Assembly (NCBI GenBank): GCA_965217775.1
Contig: CBDCJH010000002.1
Coordinates: 3,520,001-3,584,000, forward strand
Length of the DNA: 64,000 nt
Reading direction: 5' to 3'
Source: Acidobacteriota bacterium
GTDB taxonomy: Bacteria; Acidobacteriota; UBA6911; RPQK01; JAJDTT01
The notes beneath the pieces were generated by a model. The model was not told where the DNA came from, made no database searches, and was given only the letters and a program-made list of their open reading frames with translations. Below, in pieces: positions 10,750 to 21,091 of the stretch. Within the stretch, counting starts at the first letter, position 1. Each line of letters starts with the position of its first letter. The position numbers and the translations under genes were made by a program.

Positions 10750-12891
10750 ATGCAACATTTGACGAAAATGAAACCCTTTTCCAAGCTTCTGATATCGATC
10801 TGGATACCCTGTATGTGCTCCTCCATCCCAACCGCGGCCTCCCAAACCTTGCGCGTTCTCCCCGAAAGGATCAACCGGGTGGAGACCAGGAAGCTGGTTC
10901 GCCACTATCTGCTGGACCAGGCCGAGAAGGCCTTCCTGCGCCGTGAAGCGGCGTTCGAGGAACTCAAGACGCCCGAGCGGATGCGGGAGCATCAGCGCCG
11001 CATGCGGGAATTCCTGCGGGCCCAGCTCGGGGACTTTCCCGAAAGGACGCCGCTGGAGGCTCGTGTCGTGGGCCGCCACCAACGCGACGGCTACAGCGTC
11101 GAACGAGTCCTGTATCAGAGCCGTCCCGGGCATTATGTCACGGCGCTTCTCTACCTCCCGGAGGGTCCGCCCCCCTATCCCGGGGTCCTGATCGCCTGTG
11201 GGCACGCGCCCAGCGCCAAGTCTTCGGAAATGTACCAGCGAGCCGGTGTCCTTCTGGCCAAAGGGGGCATGGCGGCGTTGTGCTACGACCCCATCGGCCA
11301 GGGGGAACGCCACCAGCTTCTCGATCCCGGCGGCCAGCCCCGTTTCGAGAACGGAATCGAGCACATGTTGGTGGCGGTGAGCTCCATTCCTCTGGGACTC
11401 AGCGCCGCCACCTACCGGATCTGGGACGGGATCAGGAGTATCGACTACCTGACCAGCCGGGAGGAGATCGATCCGGATCGGATCGGACTCACGGGCAACT
11501 CGGGAGGCGGATTGGTGACCACTCTTCTCATGGCGCTGGACGAGCGCGTCGCCTGCGCCGCGCCCTCCTGCTACATCACCCACGTGAAGGAGATGCTGCA
11601 CACGCAGGGACCGGGAGACTCGGAGCAGCAGGTCTACGGCGAAATCGCCCGGGGTCTTGGGCATGCCGACTACCTCATGATCCGGGCTCCGAAACCGACT
11701 CTCATCTGCGCCGCCACCCGCGACGACATGTTCGACATCTCCGGATCGTGGCGGTCCCTGCGGGAGGCCAAGCGTTTCTACGGACGCCTGGGTCATCCGG
11801 AACGGGTGGATCTGGTGGAAGCGGACGTGGTCCACGGTTTTTTCCGTCCCCTGCGGGAGGGAATGGCGCGCTGGATGCGGCGCTGGCTGCTGGGAGTCGA
11901 CGACGCGCTCCGGGAGGACGATTCCCCTCTGCTGAGTGAGGAAGAAGGGTCGATGCAGGAGTTCATCACGGCCCAGGGGCCGGACTACAGCGAGTTCCGC
12001 CCGGTTCGGCTTCCGGTGGTCCGCTGCAGCCCGGATGGCCAAGTGCAACTCATTCCCGGCGCCCGTTCCGTCTTCCAACTCAATCGGGAGCGGGAGCAGG
12101 AACTCGCCGTTCTGAGGCGTGCCTACTGGCAGCGGACTCCCGGAGACGAAGCGCTGGCTGAGGTCCGGCGCCTGGCGGGAATCCGGCGTCTGGACGAACT
12201 GCCCCCATTGACGGCGGAAGCTGCGGGAACCCTGCGCCGGCCCGGGTACACGATTCACAAGCTGGTCCTGCACCCGGAGCCGGGCATCCGGCTCCCCGCC
12301 CTGCGCTTCGTTCCCGACTCCGGCGGCCGTGACCTGGTCCTGTACCTTCACGGCCAGGGCAAGGAGGCCGATGCCGGGCCGGACGGTCCCATCGAGAAGC
12401 AGGTGCGGGAAGGACGTGAGGTGATGGCCGTCGATCTGCGAGGCGTGGGAGAAACCGAACCGGAAAAGGGAAAGTGGGGCTACGGTCCCCTGTTCGGTGC
12501 GGACTGGGAAGAATTCTACATGGCCTACATGCTGGGCCGATCGTACCTGGGGATGCGGGCCGAGGAGATTCTGGCCATCGCCCGCCATCTGGCCGCCGTC
12601 CCGGGGTCCGATGCCGCCCGCAGGGTTCACCTGGTGGGCATCGGCGAGGCCGGCCCCCCTGCCCTCCACGCCGCGGCCCTGGAGCCGGCGCTGTTCGCCT
12701 CACTGGAGTTGCGCCGGTCGCTGGTCTCCTGGTCCAACTTGATTCAGACCGAGGTGCCCGTCAACCAGTTGGTGAACACAGTCCACGGAGCCCTGCGGAA
12801 ATACGATCTGCCCGATCTTCTGAAGACCCTCTCCGGGATGAAGGTCACGGTCGTCGAACCAACCGGCGGCACCGGGAAAACCCTGCCCTGA
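10750..12891 (+). CDS. Acetylxylan esterase-like alpha/beta hydrolase (tandem domains)
   Basis: GNSGGG nucleophile elbow, DPIGQGER, AVDLRGVGET; exact start uncertain. Confidence 0.8.
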   Translation: MQHLTKMKPFSKLLISIWIPCMCSSIPTAASQTLRVLPERINRVETRKLVRHYLLDQAEKAFLRREAAFEELKTPERMREHQRRMREFLRAQLGDFPERTPLEARVVGRHQRDGYSVERVLYQSRPGHYVTALLYLPEGPPPYPGVLIACGHAPSAKSSEMYQRAGVLLAKGGMAALCYDPIGQGERHQLLDPGGQPRFENGIEHMLVAVSSIPLGLSAATYRIWDGIRSIDYLTSREEIDPDRIGLTGNSGGGLVTTLLMALDERVACAAPSCYITHVKEMLHTQGPGDSEQQVYGEIARGLGHADYLMIRAPKPTLICAATRDDMFDISGSWRSLREAKRFYGRLGHPERVDLVEADVVHGFFRPLREGMARWMRRWLLGVDDALREDDSPLLSEEEGSMQEFITAQGPDYSEFRPVRLPVVRCSPDGQVQLIPGARSVFQLNREREQELAVLRRAYWQRTPGDEALAEVRRLAGIRRLDELPPLTAEAAGTLRRPGYTIHKLVLHPEPGIRLPALRFVPDSGGRDLVLYLHGQGKEADAGPDGPIEKQVREGREVMAVDLRGVGETEPEKGKWGYGPLFGADWEEFYMAYMLGRSYLGMRAEEILAIARHLAAVPGSDAARRVHLVGIGEAGPPALHAAALEPALFASLELRRSLVSWSNLIQTEVPVNQLVNTVHGALRKYDLPDLLKTLSGMKVTVVEPTGGTGKTLP

Positions 12892-12904
12892 CCCGGTCTG
12901 CGGC

Positions 12905-13186
12905 TTATCCGCTCTTCGCCTTGCGGGTGAAATATTCGGCGTTGGCGGGAAATAAACTCAGACGCTGCATCAGATCGTTTCGTACGCCCTGAAAAGCGTC
13001 CAGATGCTGCGGAGCCACCGGTTTCTCGGGTGGAAACTTCAGTTTGGCGGGGTTCATATAACGTCCGCTCCGATCCTGGATCCGATAGTCCAGGTGCGGT
13101 CCCGTGGAAAGGCCGGTGGATCCGACTCTACCGACGACGTCCCCCTGCTCAACGCGCTGGCCCCGGCGAACCTGGATCCGGGACAC
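12905..13186 (-). pseudogene. 3' fragment of the M23 peptidase (diverged second copy of 22467-22747)
   Basis: 92 aa aligning to the C-terminus of the 22467-23747 protein with 9 substitutions; cut off next to the IS end at 13193. Confidence 0.9.
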
Positions 13187-13192
13187 CTTCAG

Positions 13193-15295
13193 GAGGCCTG
13201 CGCAAAAGTCGTTAGCGAGCAGGTTGGCCGGGCGGGTTGCGAGTGGATTGCGGCGGTGCTGGAGCGGATCGGGGAGTCAGGTTGTGCGTTGTGAGGAAGA
13301 GCCTGGAGCCCGAGGGAGGGATGGGGCCCGTCCCGTCAGGGATTTCGGTCGGTGACAGCCCCGAGCGACGCGAGCGGGCGCGAATCGGGGGTTCAGGACG
13401 CTGCGGAATCAGTTCGGCGTGGGCGTCAGGATCGTATCGAGGGCCGCTTGCGGTCGGGCGGCAAAGTACCGGTTCGCCTCGGGCATGAACTGGAAGGAAC
13501 TGCGACGCACGATGGAGATGGCGGCGTTGGTGAGGGAGGCGAGATTGCGTGGGAGGTGGCGGGTCCTCGCCCGGCAGCGATCTTCGTCGTAGGTGAAGTC
13601 GCGCACGTAGTGGAGCCGGTTCTCGATCTCCCAGTGCTGGCGAGTGAGGGCGAGCAGTTGCTGGGGTTCGGCCTCCTGGCGGCTCAATGAGGTGAGACAC
13701 CAGGCGGTTTCCGTGCTGCTGGTGCCGCGGCTCAAGACATGACGTTCCCGCTCCACGCGCAACGCCTGCCGGCGTCCATAGAGAGCGACATAGCCGTCCC
13801 ACTCCGGACCGCTGACGTCCACCACCGCGCACCGGCGTTGCTCGATGCGGCCATGCGCCTTCTGCCATTGTTCCTGCCAAGTGCGCGCCGTGCTCCAGTC
13901 GATGGCCTGCAGGTCCTCCAGGAGGGTTTCCTGGTTGCTCTTGACTGCGGTCACCAGATAGGCGCGCCCGGCAACGGTCGATCAGGCACCGTGCGGTCTC
14001 CTGCTGCACGTGCATGGCGTCGAGCGTCACGGTCCGGTTGCGGAGGTCGAGGATCTCGGCCAGTTCCCGCACGGCCGTGATGCGCGTTGGTGGTATCGCC
14101 GACCTGAACCTGTCCCAGCACCAGACCGCTGCCGTGCTCCACCGCAGCCACCAGCATTCGGCGCTGGCCGTCGGGGAGCGCCTTGGACGCGCCGCGGACG
14201 TCTTTGCCGTCCATCGCCACGGGGGTTCCTTCGCCCAAGTGTTGCGCGGTCCAATCGTGCAGGACGCGGTCCAACGTCTCGGGCGGCAACGACGTCAAGA
14301 TGTAGCGGAACGTCGAGATCGCCGGCGCAGTATAGCGCTTCCGGCTCGGGCTCCAGAAAGCCCCCACCGCGCGCAACTGGTCCTGGTCCAGCAGGGCCGC
14401 AAACTCGCCTATGGCGGTGACCCCGCGATAGCCGGCCAACCGTGCCGCGATCGCAATCGCCAGATAGCAGGACAACGGATAGCGTTGCCCGCGAGCCTTG
14501 CAGAAGTCCGGAATCTCGCCGAGAAACTCCGCCAGAGAGCGCAACGCCGGCGCCGCCATCGGCTCGCGTTTCTCCCCCAGCTGCCACGCCGCCGGCTCCT
14601 CCTCGCCGCGGAGCACATCGCGGGCATCCGCCCGCAACGGATACACATACACCTGTTTGGGTTTGCCGTTCCTCCGCCAGCGGGCCCGACCGCCCGGCTC
14701 CCGCGAATACCCCTGGGTCAACCCCAGCCGCTGCCAGTTCGCCGCCCGATAGCAGGTGCCCGCAAACCGCGACGGGTCGACGAAGGTCTCCGCCAGCAAC
14801 ACCGGATACCCGTGAATCGCCTCCATGTCCCCCGCCAGTCGCCGCAGACTCAAACCCAGAACCCGAGACGCCAGATTCGGGACCCGCCCCGCCTCCAGCA
14901 CCACGAATCGCGCATTGTTCGCGAGCAGATGCAGCCGCCGGAATTGTTGCTCCGCAGACCACCCGATCCACTGGTCCCGGACTCCCACCTTGAACGCGCC
15001 GGCATGCCAGCCCAGCAGCGCCAGCCACTGGTCCCCGAGCACCGCCACATGGCGGAGCAACTTCCCGAACAGCCCGCGGAAGGGAAGATAATGGTGCTCC
15101 GCCACCAGCGCGTCCCACCGCCGACGCTCCTCGACTCGGAGAACCGGTCGCACCGTCACCTCCCCCAGCGCAATCCCACCGCCAGATCTTTCTCCAGAAT
15201 TCATGCCTCCCTGCATGCCACAACGACTTTTGTTTGGCCAGCCCGAATCCCTCCGTTGCTCCCATTTTCTTTCTCACGACTTTTGCCTAGTCCTG
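13193..15295 (-). mobile_element. ISAs1-family element carrying a DUF4338-transposase fusion
   Basis: Imperfect TIRs GAGGCCTGCGCAAAAGTCGTTAG / CAGGACTAGGCAAAAGTCGTGAG (18 of 23 match); no target duplication seen. Confidence 0.8.
13409..15216 (-). pseudogene. DUF4338 (DruA-like) + ISAs1 DDE transposase with two frameshifts
   Basis: HHYL, NNARF, PNLASRVL, ETFVD..FAGTCYRAANW (DUF4338); MDGKDVRG, TLDAMH, AVKSNQ, HGRIEQR, HWEIENRLHYVRD (ISAs1); frame breaks near 14083 and 13965. Confidence 0.85.
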
Positions 15296-15360
15296 CGTCC
15301 ACCTGTAAGCTTCTTCCAGGTTTTGAGGGTAGTGTCCTAATTTGAATCCCAGGGGAGGGG

Positions 15361-15483
15361 TCATTCCTCGGTCAAGCCCTCAATGAATTTGCTGACCTCG
15401 GATTCACTCATTCCGGCCTGCTTCAAAATGATCCGCGAGAAGCAGACTAAGAGGCAACGTTGCTTTACTCCGGAGTGGGGCAC
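15361..15483 (-). pseudogene. Possible HicA toxin C-terminal remnant
   Basis: Reads VPH.../TLPLSLL/RIILKQAGMSESEVSKFIEGLTEE* across frameshifts. Confidence 0.4.
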
Positions 15484-15834
15484 ATGCTGACCGGAGTTGG
15501 CAACGGGACATTCCACGACCCTTGGTGGGCTTCTGCTGATTATACTTCGCCGTATTCATGGTCCACGTCGGATGTCTCATCGTGGACCGAACGTCCGCCA
15601 TGGCCAGGGTCCCCGGAGTCAGGGACAAAATAATTCCGGACAGCCAGGATCCCCAGAGATCATTGGGGGATGGAAGTCCCTCCGAAGGGGCGGTCCGTGT
15701 GCGGAGGTCGCCGTTCGACTTCAGTTTCAAGGAGAAGGGAGCCGTCCTAATTCCCAGCACACTTCCCACCGAACACTATAATCGGACCGGCACTGCGTCC
15801 TACCTGTGGTACTTGAAAGCCGCCGGGCGGTAGG

Positions 15835-15863
15835 AAGAAAAAGGGGTCGCCGAAGCGACCCCT
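15835..15863 (-). terminator. Rho-independent terminator of the ankyrin/peptide operon
   Basis: AGGGGTCGC-TTCG-GCGACCCCT followed by TTTTCTT, about 30 nt after the peptide stop. Confidence 0.8.
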
Positions 15864-15895
15864 CAGATACTAGACTCCAACTCGGTCGGCCGGAG

Positions 15896-16117
15896 CTACC
15901 CGTACAGGCAGCCCCAGTATTCCGCGAAACATCTCGCGATCATGTCATCGTAGACGTAGCGGCACTGGGATTCTTCATTGCGGCTCATGCCCCAGTACCA
16001 CCAATCGGCGTAGTTCGTGCACATGGCGAGAGCTTGCTCGCAGAGACCGGCGTAAGCGTTGCCGGCAAGGAGGAGAACCACTACGAAAAGGACTGTCGTG
16101 GCGATCTTCTTGTTCAT
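15896..16117 (-). CDS. Small secreted Cys/Trp/Tyr-rich peptide (23-aa signal + 50-aa mature)
   Basis: MNKK-hydrophobic-AYA signal peptide; TAATG coupling to the upstream gene; GAAAGG RBS; terminator follows. Confidence 0.8.
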   Translation of the reverse strand: MNKKIATTVLFVVVLLLAGNAYAGLCEQALAMCTNYADWWYWGMSRNEESQCRYVYDDMIARCFAEYWGCLYG

Positions 16118-16914
16118 TATTCGTACCTTTCTGGAATTTCTGGAATTGACATTGGTCTTGCGCGTTTCATCGCGTCCATCAGAGACACGATGGTTTTGCT
16201 GGCGATTTCCGGTGCCTCACGCATCCGCCTCATGGCTTCCGCAAAGTCAGGTTTGGCAGCAAACGCTTGCTCCTCCGTGATCCCATCCTCCGTGAGCCTC
16301 TGATTCAGAAAGTCCTCTCCCCGGACCTTGATCGTTCCGCTGATGTTCATTTTCTTGGCAACATCGTAGGGAAGTTGCCCGTCAACGTTCCGCATCCAGG
16401 GGTCGGCTCCGCCGTCCAGAAGCGTCTGGATCAGCGCATAGGTCTCCTCGGTGGGCCGCGTTACCGCTACGTGAAACTGCCGGTAAAGAGGCGTGTGCCC
16501 AAACTCACCATGAACGTTAGGATCTGCTCCGGCGTCCAGCAGAGACCGTACCTGCTCGGCCGTGTAGGCGTAGAACATGGGAGTCTCGTTGCAGTTCTCC
16601 AAGTGGGAGGCGTCCGGGTCAGGAATTCCATCTTCCGCCGCGTGAGTCAGCAACTCGATGCAGGCTTTTACGTTGGACGGCAGTTCCGTCCGCTTCATGA
16701 GTCCTGCTGTCTCTGGAGGGCAGCCCACGCAATCAGAGTCCCGCCGGGTACGCCGGAACGATGTGGAGTGCGGTGGGGTCGGCAAAGGAGCTTGAGACAC
16801 TTCATGCTCCGTGTGTGGAGTTGGTTCGGGTTTGCGACTCGGTCGAAACCACAGACCCACAAGCAAGATTAGGACCAATCCCCCAGCCCAAAGATGCCAT
16901 TGAGCAAATTTCAT
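16117..16914 (-). CDS. Membrane-anchored/exported ankyrin-repeat protein
   Basis: N-terminal TM; ETPMFYA..LLDAGADPNV, GHTPLY..LLDGGADPWMRNVDGQLPYDVA; GGAAGGA RBS. Confidence 0.85.
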   Translation of the reverse strand: MKFAQWHLWAGGLVLILLVGLWFRPSRKPEPTPHTEHEVSQAPLPTPPHSTSFRRTRRDSDCVGCPPETAGLMKRTELPSNVKACIELLTHAAEDGIPDPDASHLENCNETPMFYAYTAEQVRSLLDAGADPNVHGEFGHTPLYRQFHVAVTRPTEETYALIQTLLDGGADPWMRNVDGQLPYDVAKKMNISGTIKVRGEDFLNQRLTEDGITEEQAFAAKPDFAEAMRRMREAPEIASKTIVSLMDAMKRARPMSIPEIPERYE

Positions 16915-17195
16915 TCCTGTTCCTTCCGTTAGTCGTGAGTAAGAGGCGTCACGATCGGTCGGGCTCGGCGTGTCCTACCAGTTTCCTGGTCGATTCGCGT
17001 CAAGCCCTAGGTAAGATCAGGAGGAGGACTGTCCTTGGGTGCAGACGAGGTCGACTGGCAGGGTGTGGGGAATCTGATGCCCAGCCAACCATGCAACTTC
17101 TTTAGCACACACTTCACCGACTGTCAAGGAGAATCGGGGGCGATCTCACTCTGTTCAATTGTGGAGTGCTCTCCACGACGTGAGGAGAGGGGAGA

Positions 17196-17523
17196 CAGGG
17201 TCTTCGTTGTCCTTGGCCCAAGCGGACGGGGGATCAGGGGTGGCGGGCCATGGACATGGAGGTCAGTCCGGCCAGAAGGGACCGGTTTGAGGCCCCAATG
17301 GGGCCGAAACGACCGAGACCAAACCTGAGGATTCCCGGATCGAGGGCCGGTTCGTGGAGTTGGGACAGGAGACGGCGCCGACGGCTGGGTCAGCCCGGCT
17401 CGGTGAGAGCGCGGATCGCTTGGTTCCGGTCCATGGCGAAGTGCTGAACGGCGGCTTGGACCTGGGTGAAGCCCCGATGGAAAATGATCGCCAGCCCCGT
17501 CTGGTTGACGATCGCGTTGTTGG
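17196..17523 (-). mobile_element. Remnant end of a second, different ISAs1-family element
   Basis: 17523-17390 translates SNNAIVNQTGLAIIFHRGFTQVQAAVQHFAMDRNQAIRALTEPG*, resembling the C-terminus of the 13409 transposase; ISAs1-type CAGGG terminus at 17196. Confidence 0.55.
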
Positions 17524-17933
17524 ACGGTCCGTTGTTCGGAGCGGACTAGGAAGAATTCTACATGGCCTAAATGCTGTGCCGATCGTACCTGGGGATGCGG
17601 GCCGAGGGGATTCTGTCCATCGCCCGCCATCTGGCCTCCGCCCCGGGGTCCGATGCCGCAGGGAAGGTTCACTTGGTAGGCATAGGCGAGGCCGGACCCG
17701 CCGCCCTCCATGCCGCGGCCGTGGAACCGGCGCTGTTCGCTTCACTGGAGCTGCGCCGGTCGCTGGTCTCCCGGTCCAACTTGATTCAGACCGAGGTGCC
17801 CGTCAACCAGTTGGTCAACACGGTCCACGCTTCGTTGCAGAAATACGATCTGCCCGATCTTCTGAAGAGCCTCTCCGGAATGAAGGTCACGGTCGTCGAA
17901 CCGACCGGCAGCGCTGGCGAGCCCATACCGTAA
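17524..17933 (+). pseudogene. 3' fragment duplicate of the 10750-12891 esterase
   Basis: Aligns to 12482-12891; TGG>TAG and TAC>TAA nonsense changes near its 5' end. Confidence 0.9.
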
Positions 17934-18730
17934 CCCGCTTTTCCACCGGGGGCTCGGCCTACCCCGCATTTCTCACCAGGTCGCTACGCGTATGATGAAA
18001 AATAATCTGTTTTTGAGCATTTACGCGGAATTTTCCAAGGTTTCTCCGGGACCGACTGCGCGATCGTCACGCCCCCTGATGTAGAGTCGAGGAGAGGCGC
18101 GACGGCGGTAGGTCGGAGGGAGTCGCTGTTGCCGGCGGCTTTCGCCATCATGCCGGTGCCTCAATCTCCACCGTGGCCACGTTTCCTCTCCCCGCTCTCC
18201 GAACCCGCCGTGCGCTTTCCCCGCAGCGGGCTCTCCAGTGGGACCATGCCGCTCGCACACGGGTCGATTCGTCAGCGGCGGGAATGGCGCAACGGCTTCC
18301 GCCGCCCGCAGTCCCCCGCTCCCGCGCGGTCCCACGGTCGTTCCCCTTCGCTTTCGCATGCGGTGGTTCCAGCGCTTCCGAACTCAAACCGGGGTTCCAG
18401 GCCAGGCCACTCCCGGAGTCCTTCGCACTTTCCCTCACCCGTCCTCACCTGAGGCCCCTTCCCTCCACCGGCGTTAGCCGGATTCTCCGGTACTACGGCC
18501 CTCTCCGCCACCCCGACGGCCCAGGCCGGTCCTCGCGGATTCCCGGTTGACGCGTGCCACGTCACCGGCGGGGCTTCCCGTGTTGCCACTCTCTCCCTCC
18601 TATCCGCATGCCATCGCCAATACCCCGGCGGAACCGGACGGTGCTCGCGTCGCTCGCTTCCCGTCCGCTGGCAGCCTTCCCCGTATTCTCGGCGGGTCGG
18701 CTTCCGCATTACCCGTTTCGAGGCCTGCGC

Positions 18731-18822
18731 AGCGTTTTATGCGCTGTTCCACGTTATGCGCTGTTGCCACCGTATCCCCTTACGCTATCAGAGCCGCACC
18801 GCGATTCAACAGCGCATAACGG
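18731..18822. repeat. RIT left inverted repeat (pairs with 22099-22190)
   Basis: Outer 36 bp perfect (AGCGTTTTATGCGCTGTTCCACGTTATGCGCTGTTG), about 92 bp imperfect in total. Confidence 0.85.
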
Positions 18823-18877
18823 GCGATCCTCGGCGATCATGGCGGGATCTTTTTGCCTTCAGGAAGGAGATCCTGTC

Positions 18878-20141
18878 ATGTTTGAATACGAACAAATCTT
18901 CAAGCGAACCGACGCGGTTCAGCGACACCTTGCCGCTCCGCTGCTACGTTCCCGCCTCGCCTACCTCGGCCACCGAGCCGAGCAGGGTGCGAAGCCATCC
19001 ACGCTCCGAGGCATCGCCGCCTTCCAAGTCCAAGCCATCCATTATTTGGAACTGGCCGAGGAAGGCCAGATCACGCCGTCGGAGATTGCAACCGCCGCCG
19101 AGCGGTGGGTCACCCAGCATCCCGCCCGCCGGGGCGGCAATGCCAGCAATGCCCGCCGCGACTTCGTCTCGCGGGTCACCGGCTGGCTGAGCTTCGCGGG
19201 CCGCATGCAGGTTCCGTCGGTCGCGCCCCCTCCGCACTGCCCCGAACTCGTGCAATTCGAGGATTACATGCGGTGGGAACGGGGCTGGTCCGAGGTCACG
19301 ATCCGCTACCGTCTCGGACGGGCGGAGGACTTGCTGCGCCGGTGTTGCCGGGCCCACCGGACACTGGCCGATCTCTCACTCACCACCATCGACCGCGCAC
19401 TCGGCGCCCGCAACTCCAAGGACGGGCGTCCTCGTGCTCGCGCCACGATCCGCAACCACGCGGACGCTCTGCGCGCATTCCTGCGCTTCGCCGCAGTCCG
19501 CGGCTGGTGCCCGCCGGGGTTGGCCGCGGCGATCACGGCTCCCCGTGTCTACAAAGCTGTCACGCTGCCGGCAGGACCCTCCCCAGAAGACCTGCGGCGC
19601 CTGCTCGCGACCACCACGGGCGACCGGCCAGCGGATGTACGCGACCGGGCGCTCCTGCTGACGCTCTCCGTTTACGGACTGCGCGCGGGCGAGGCGCAGG
19701 CGCTGCGGCTGGATGACATCAACTGGGAAGCAGAGACGCTCCGGGTGCGCCGTCCCAAGACGGGGCGCACCACCTGGTTCCCGCTGTCCCGCCGCGTCGG
19801 AGAGGCCTTGGCGCGCTATCTCCGCGAGGCTCGCCCGCGCACCGACACCCGGCAGGTCTTCCTCACGCTCAAGGTCCCGGTCCGACCGCTCGGCGCCTCC
19901 ACGATCAGCAGCGTCGTCCGCAGCCGCATGCGCCGCTGCGGCATCGAATGCGAGCGTCGCGGAGCCCACGCCTTGCGGCATGCCTTTGCGAGAGCGCTTG
20001 CTGGACGAGGGCTTCTCCATGACAGAAATCGGGGACTGCCTCGGGCACCGCAGTCCGGACGCGACCGCGGTGTACGCAAAAGTCGACCTTGCCGGCCTGC
20101 GCCAAGTGGTGGCCGACTTCGACCTGGAGGGACTGGCATGA
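18878..20141 (+). pseudogene. RIT tyrosine recombinase A with a +1 frameshift at about 19991
   Basis: RDRA..YGLRAGE, HALRHAFA; the LGHRSPDATAVY tail lies in another frame ending TGA at 20141; span is 3n+1. Confidence 0.8.
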
Positions 20142-21091
20142 TACTACGCGAGGCGATCGACCAATACATCGTCTGGCAGCGGGCGCGGGGAGCGAGCTTC
20201 GAATCCTCAGCCTACGCGTTGCGCCGCTTCCGCCGTAGCGTCGGCAGCGCCATCGGCTCCGACGAGGTCCGCGCCGACCAGGCTCGCGCCTTCCTGGACG
20301 AGGGCGCGACCTCCGCCAGCAACCGGGCGTTTCTGCACTCCGCACTGAGGGGCTTTTACCGCTACGCCATCGCGCGCGGTCTCGCGACCCACTCGCCCTT
20401 GCCGCCGCAGCCTCCGCAGGCCTCCCCGCGCTCGACGCCCTACATTTATTCGCACGATGAGCTGCGCCGCCTGCTGGATGCGACGAAGAGCTACCGGAAA
20501 CGGGTCAACCAGCTGGAGCCGTACACCTTCCGCGCGCTGCTGCTGTTGTTGTACGGAGCCGGCTTGCGCCGTGGCGAGGCGCTCCGCCTCACGCTGGCCG
20601 ATGTCGACCTGCGCACCGCGCTGCTCACCGTTCGCCAGACGAAGTTCGACAAGACTCGCTACGTGCCCCTTGCCCCGCAACTCGCACGAGCGATGCAGCG
20701 ATACGCCGCCCAACGAAAGGCGGCGGGCGCTCCGCAAGCAGGCGAGGCGCCGTTCTTCGCCAACCGCGACGGCACGCCGCTGGCGGCCCGAACCGTCAGC
20801 AACGCCTTCGCTCGACTGCGGCAGGCGGCCGGCGTGGTCCGCGGGAACGCAGCGCGCTATCAACCGCGCCTGCACGATCTGCGCCACTCGTTCGCCGTGC
20901 ACCGACTGACCGCTTGGCACCGCCAGGGAAAGGATGCGCAACGCCTGCTGCCGCCGCTGTCCACCTACTTGGGCCACTCCAGCGTCGCCGCCACCCAAGT
21001 CTACCTCGACCTGACTCCCGAACTGCTGCGGGCGGCCGCGTCGCGGTTCCAGCGCTACGCGGCCAGCGGGAATGGAGGCCGCCATGACTGA
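20138..21091 (+). CDS. RIT tyrosine recombinase B
   Basis: PYIYS, GLRRGEAL, TKFDKTR, RLHDLRHSFAV, LSTYLGH..ATQVY; ATGA overlap and GGAGG RBS. Confidence 0.9.
   Translation: MILREAIDQYIVWQRARGASFESSAYALRRFRRSVGSAIGSDEVRADQARAFLDEGATSASNRAFLHSALRGFYRYAIARGLATHSPLPPQPPQASPRSTPYIYSHDELRRLLDATKSYRKRVNQLEPYTFRALLLLLYGAGLRRGEALRLTLADVDLRTALLTVRQTKFDKTRYVPLAPQLARAMQRYAAQRKAAGAPQAGEAPFFANRDGTPLAARTVSNAFARLRQAAGVVRGNAARYQPRLHDLRHSFAVHRLTAWHRQGKDAQRLLPPLSTYLGHSSVAATQVYLDLTPELLRAAASRFQRYAASGNGGRHD

Noticed and set aside
15896-16117. RiPP precursor (sactipeptide/ranthipeptide) served by the radical SAM enzyme at 31-32 kb
   Set aside because: The peptide has a classical Sec signal, and the enzyme is 15 kb away in backbone context with no evident link
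12482-17933. Diversity-generating retroelement (TR/VR pair) from the duplicated gene tails
   Set aside because: Mismatches are not adenine-specific, repeats are several hundred bp, and no RT or Avd gene is present
18731-18822. TTATGCGCTGTT repeats as a CRISPR array
   Set aside because: Few units, mixed orientation, no unique spacers of constant length; they are RIT terminal binding sites
18554-21091. 845-aa giant integrase from the ORF track
   Set aside because: The N-terminus is antisense intron sequence and the rest is frameshifted recombinase A read into recombinase B
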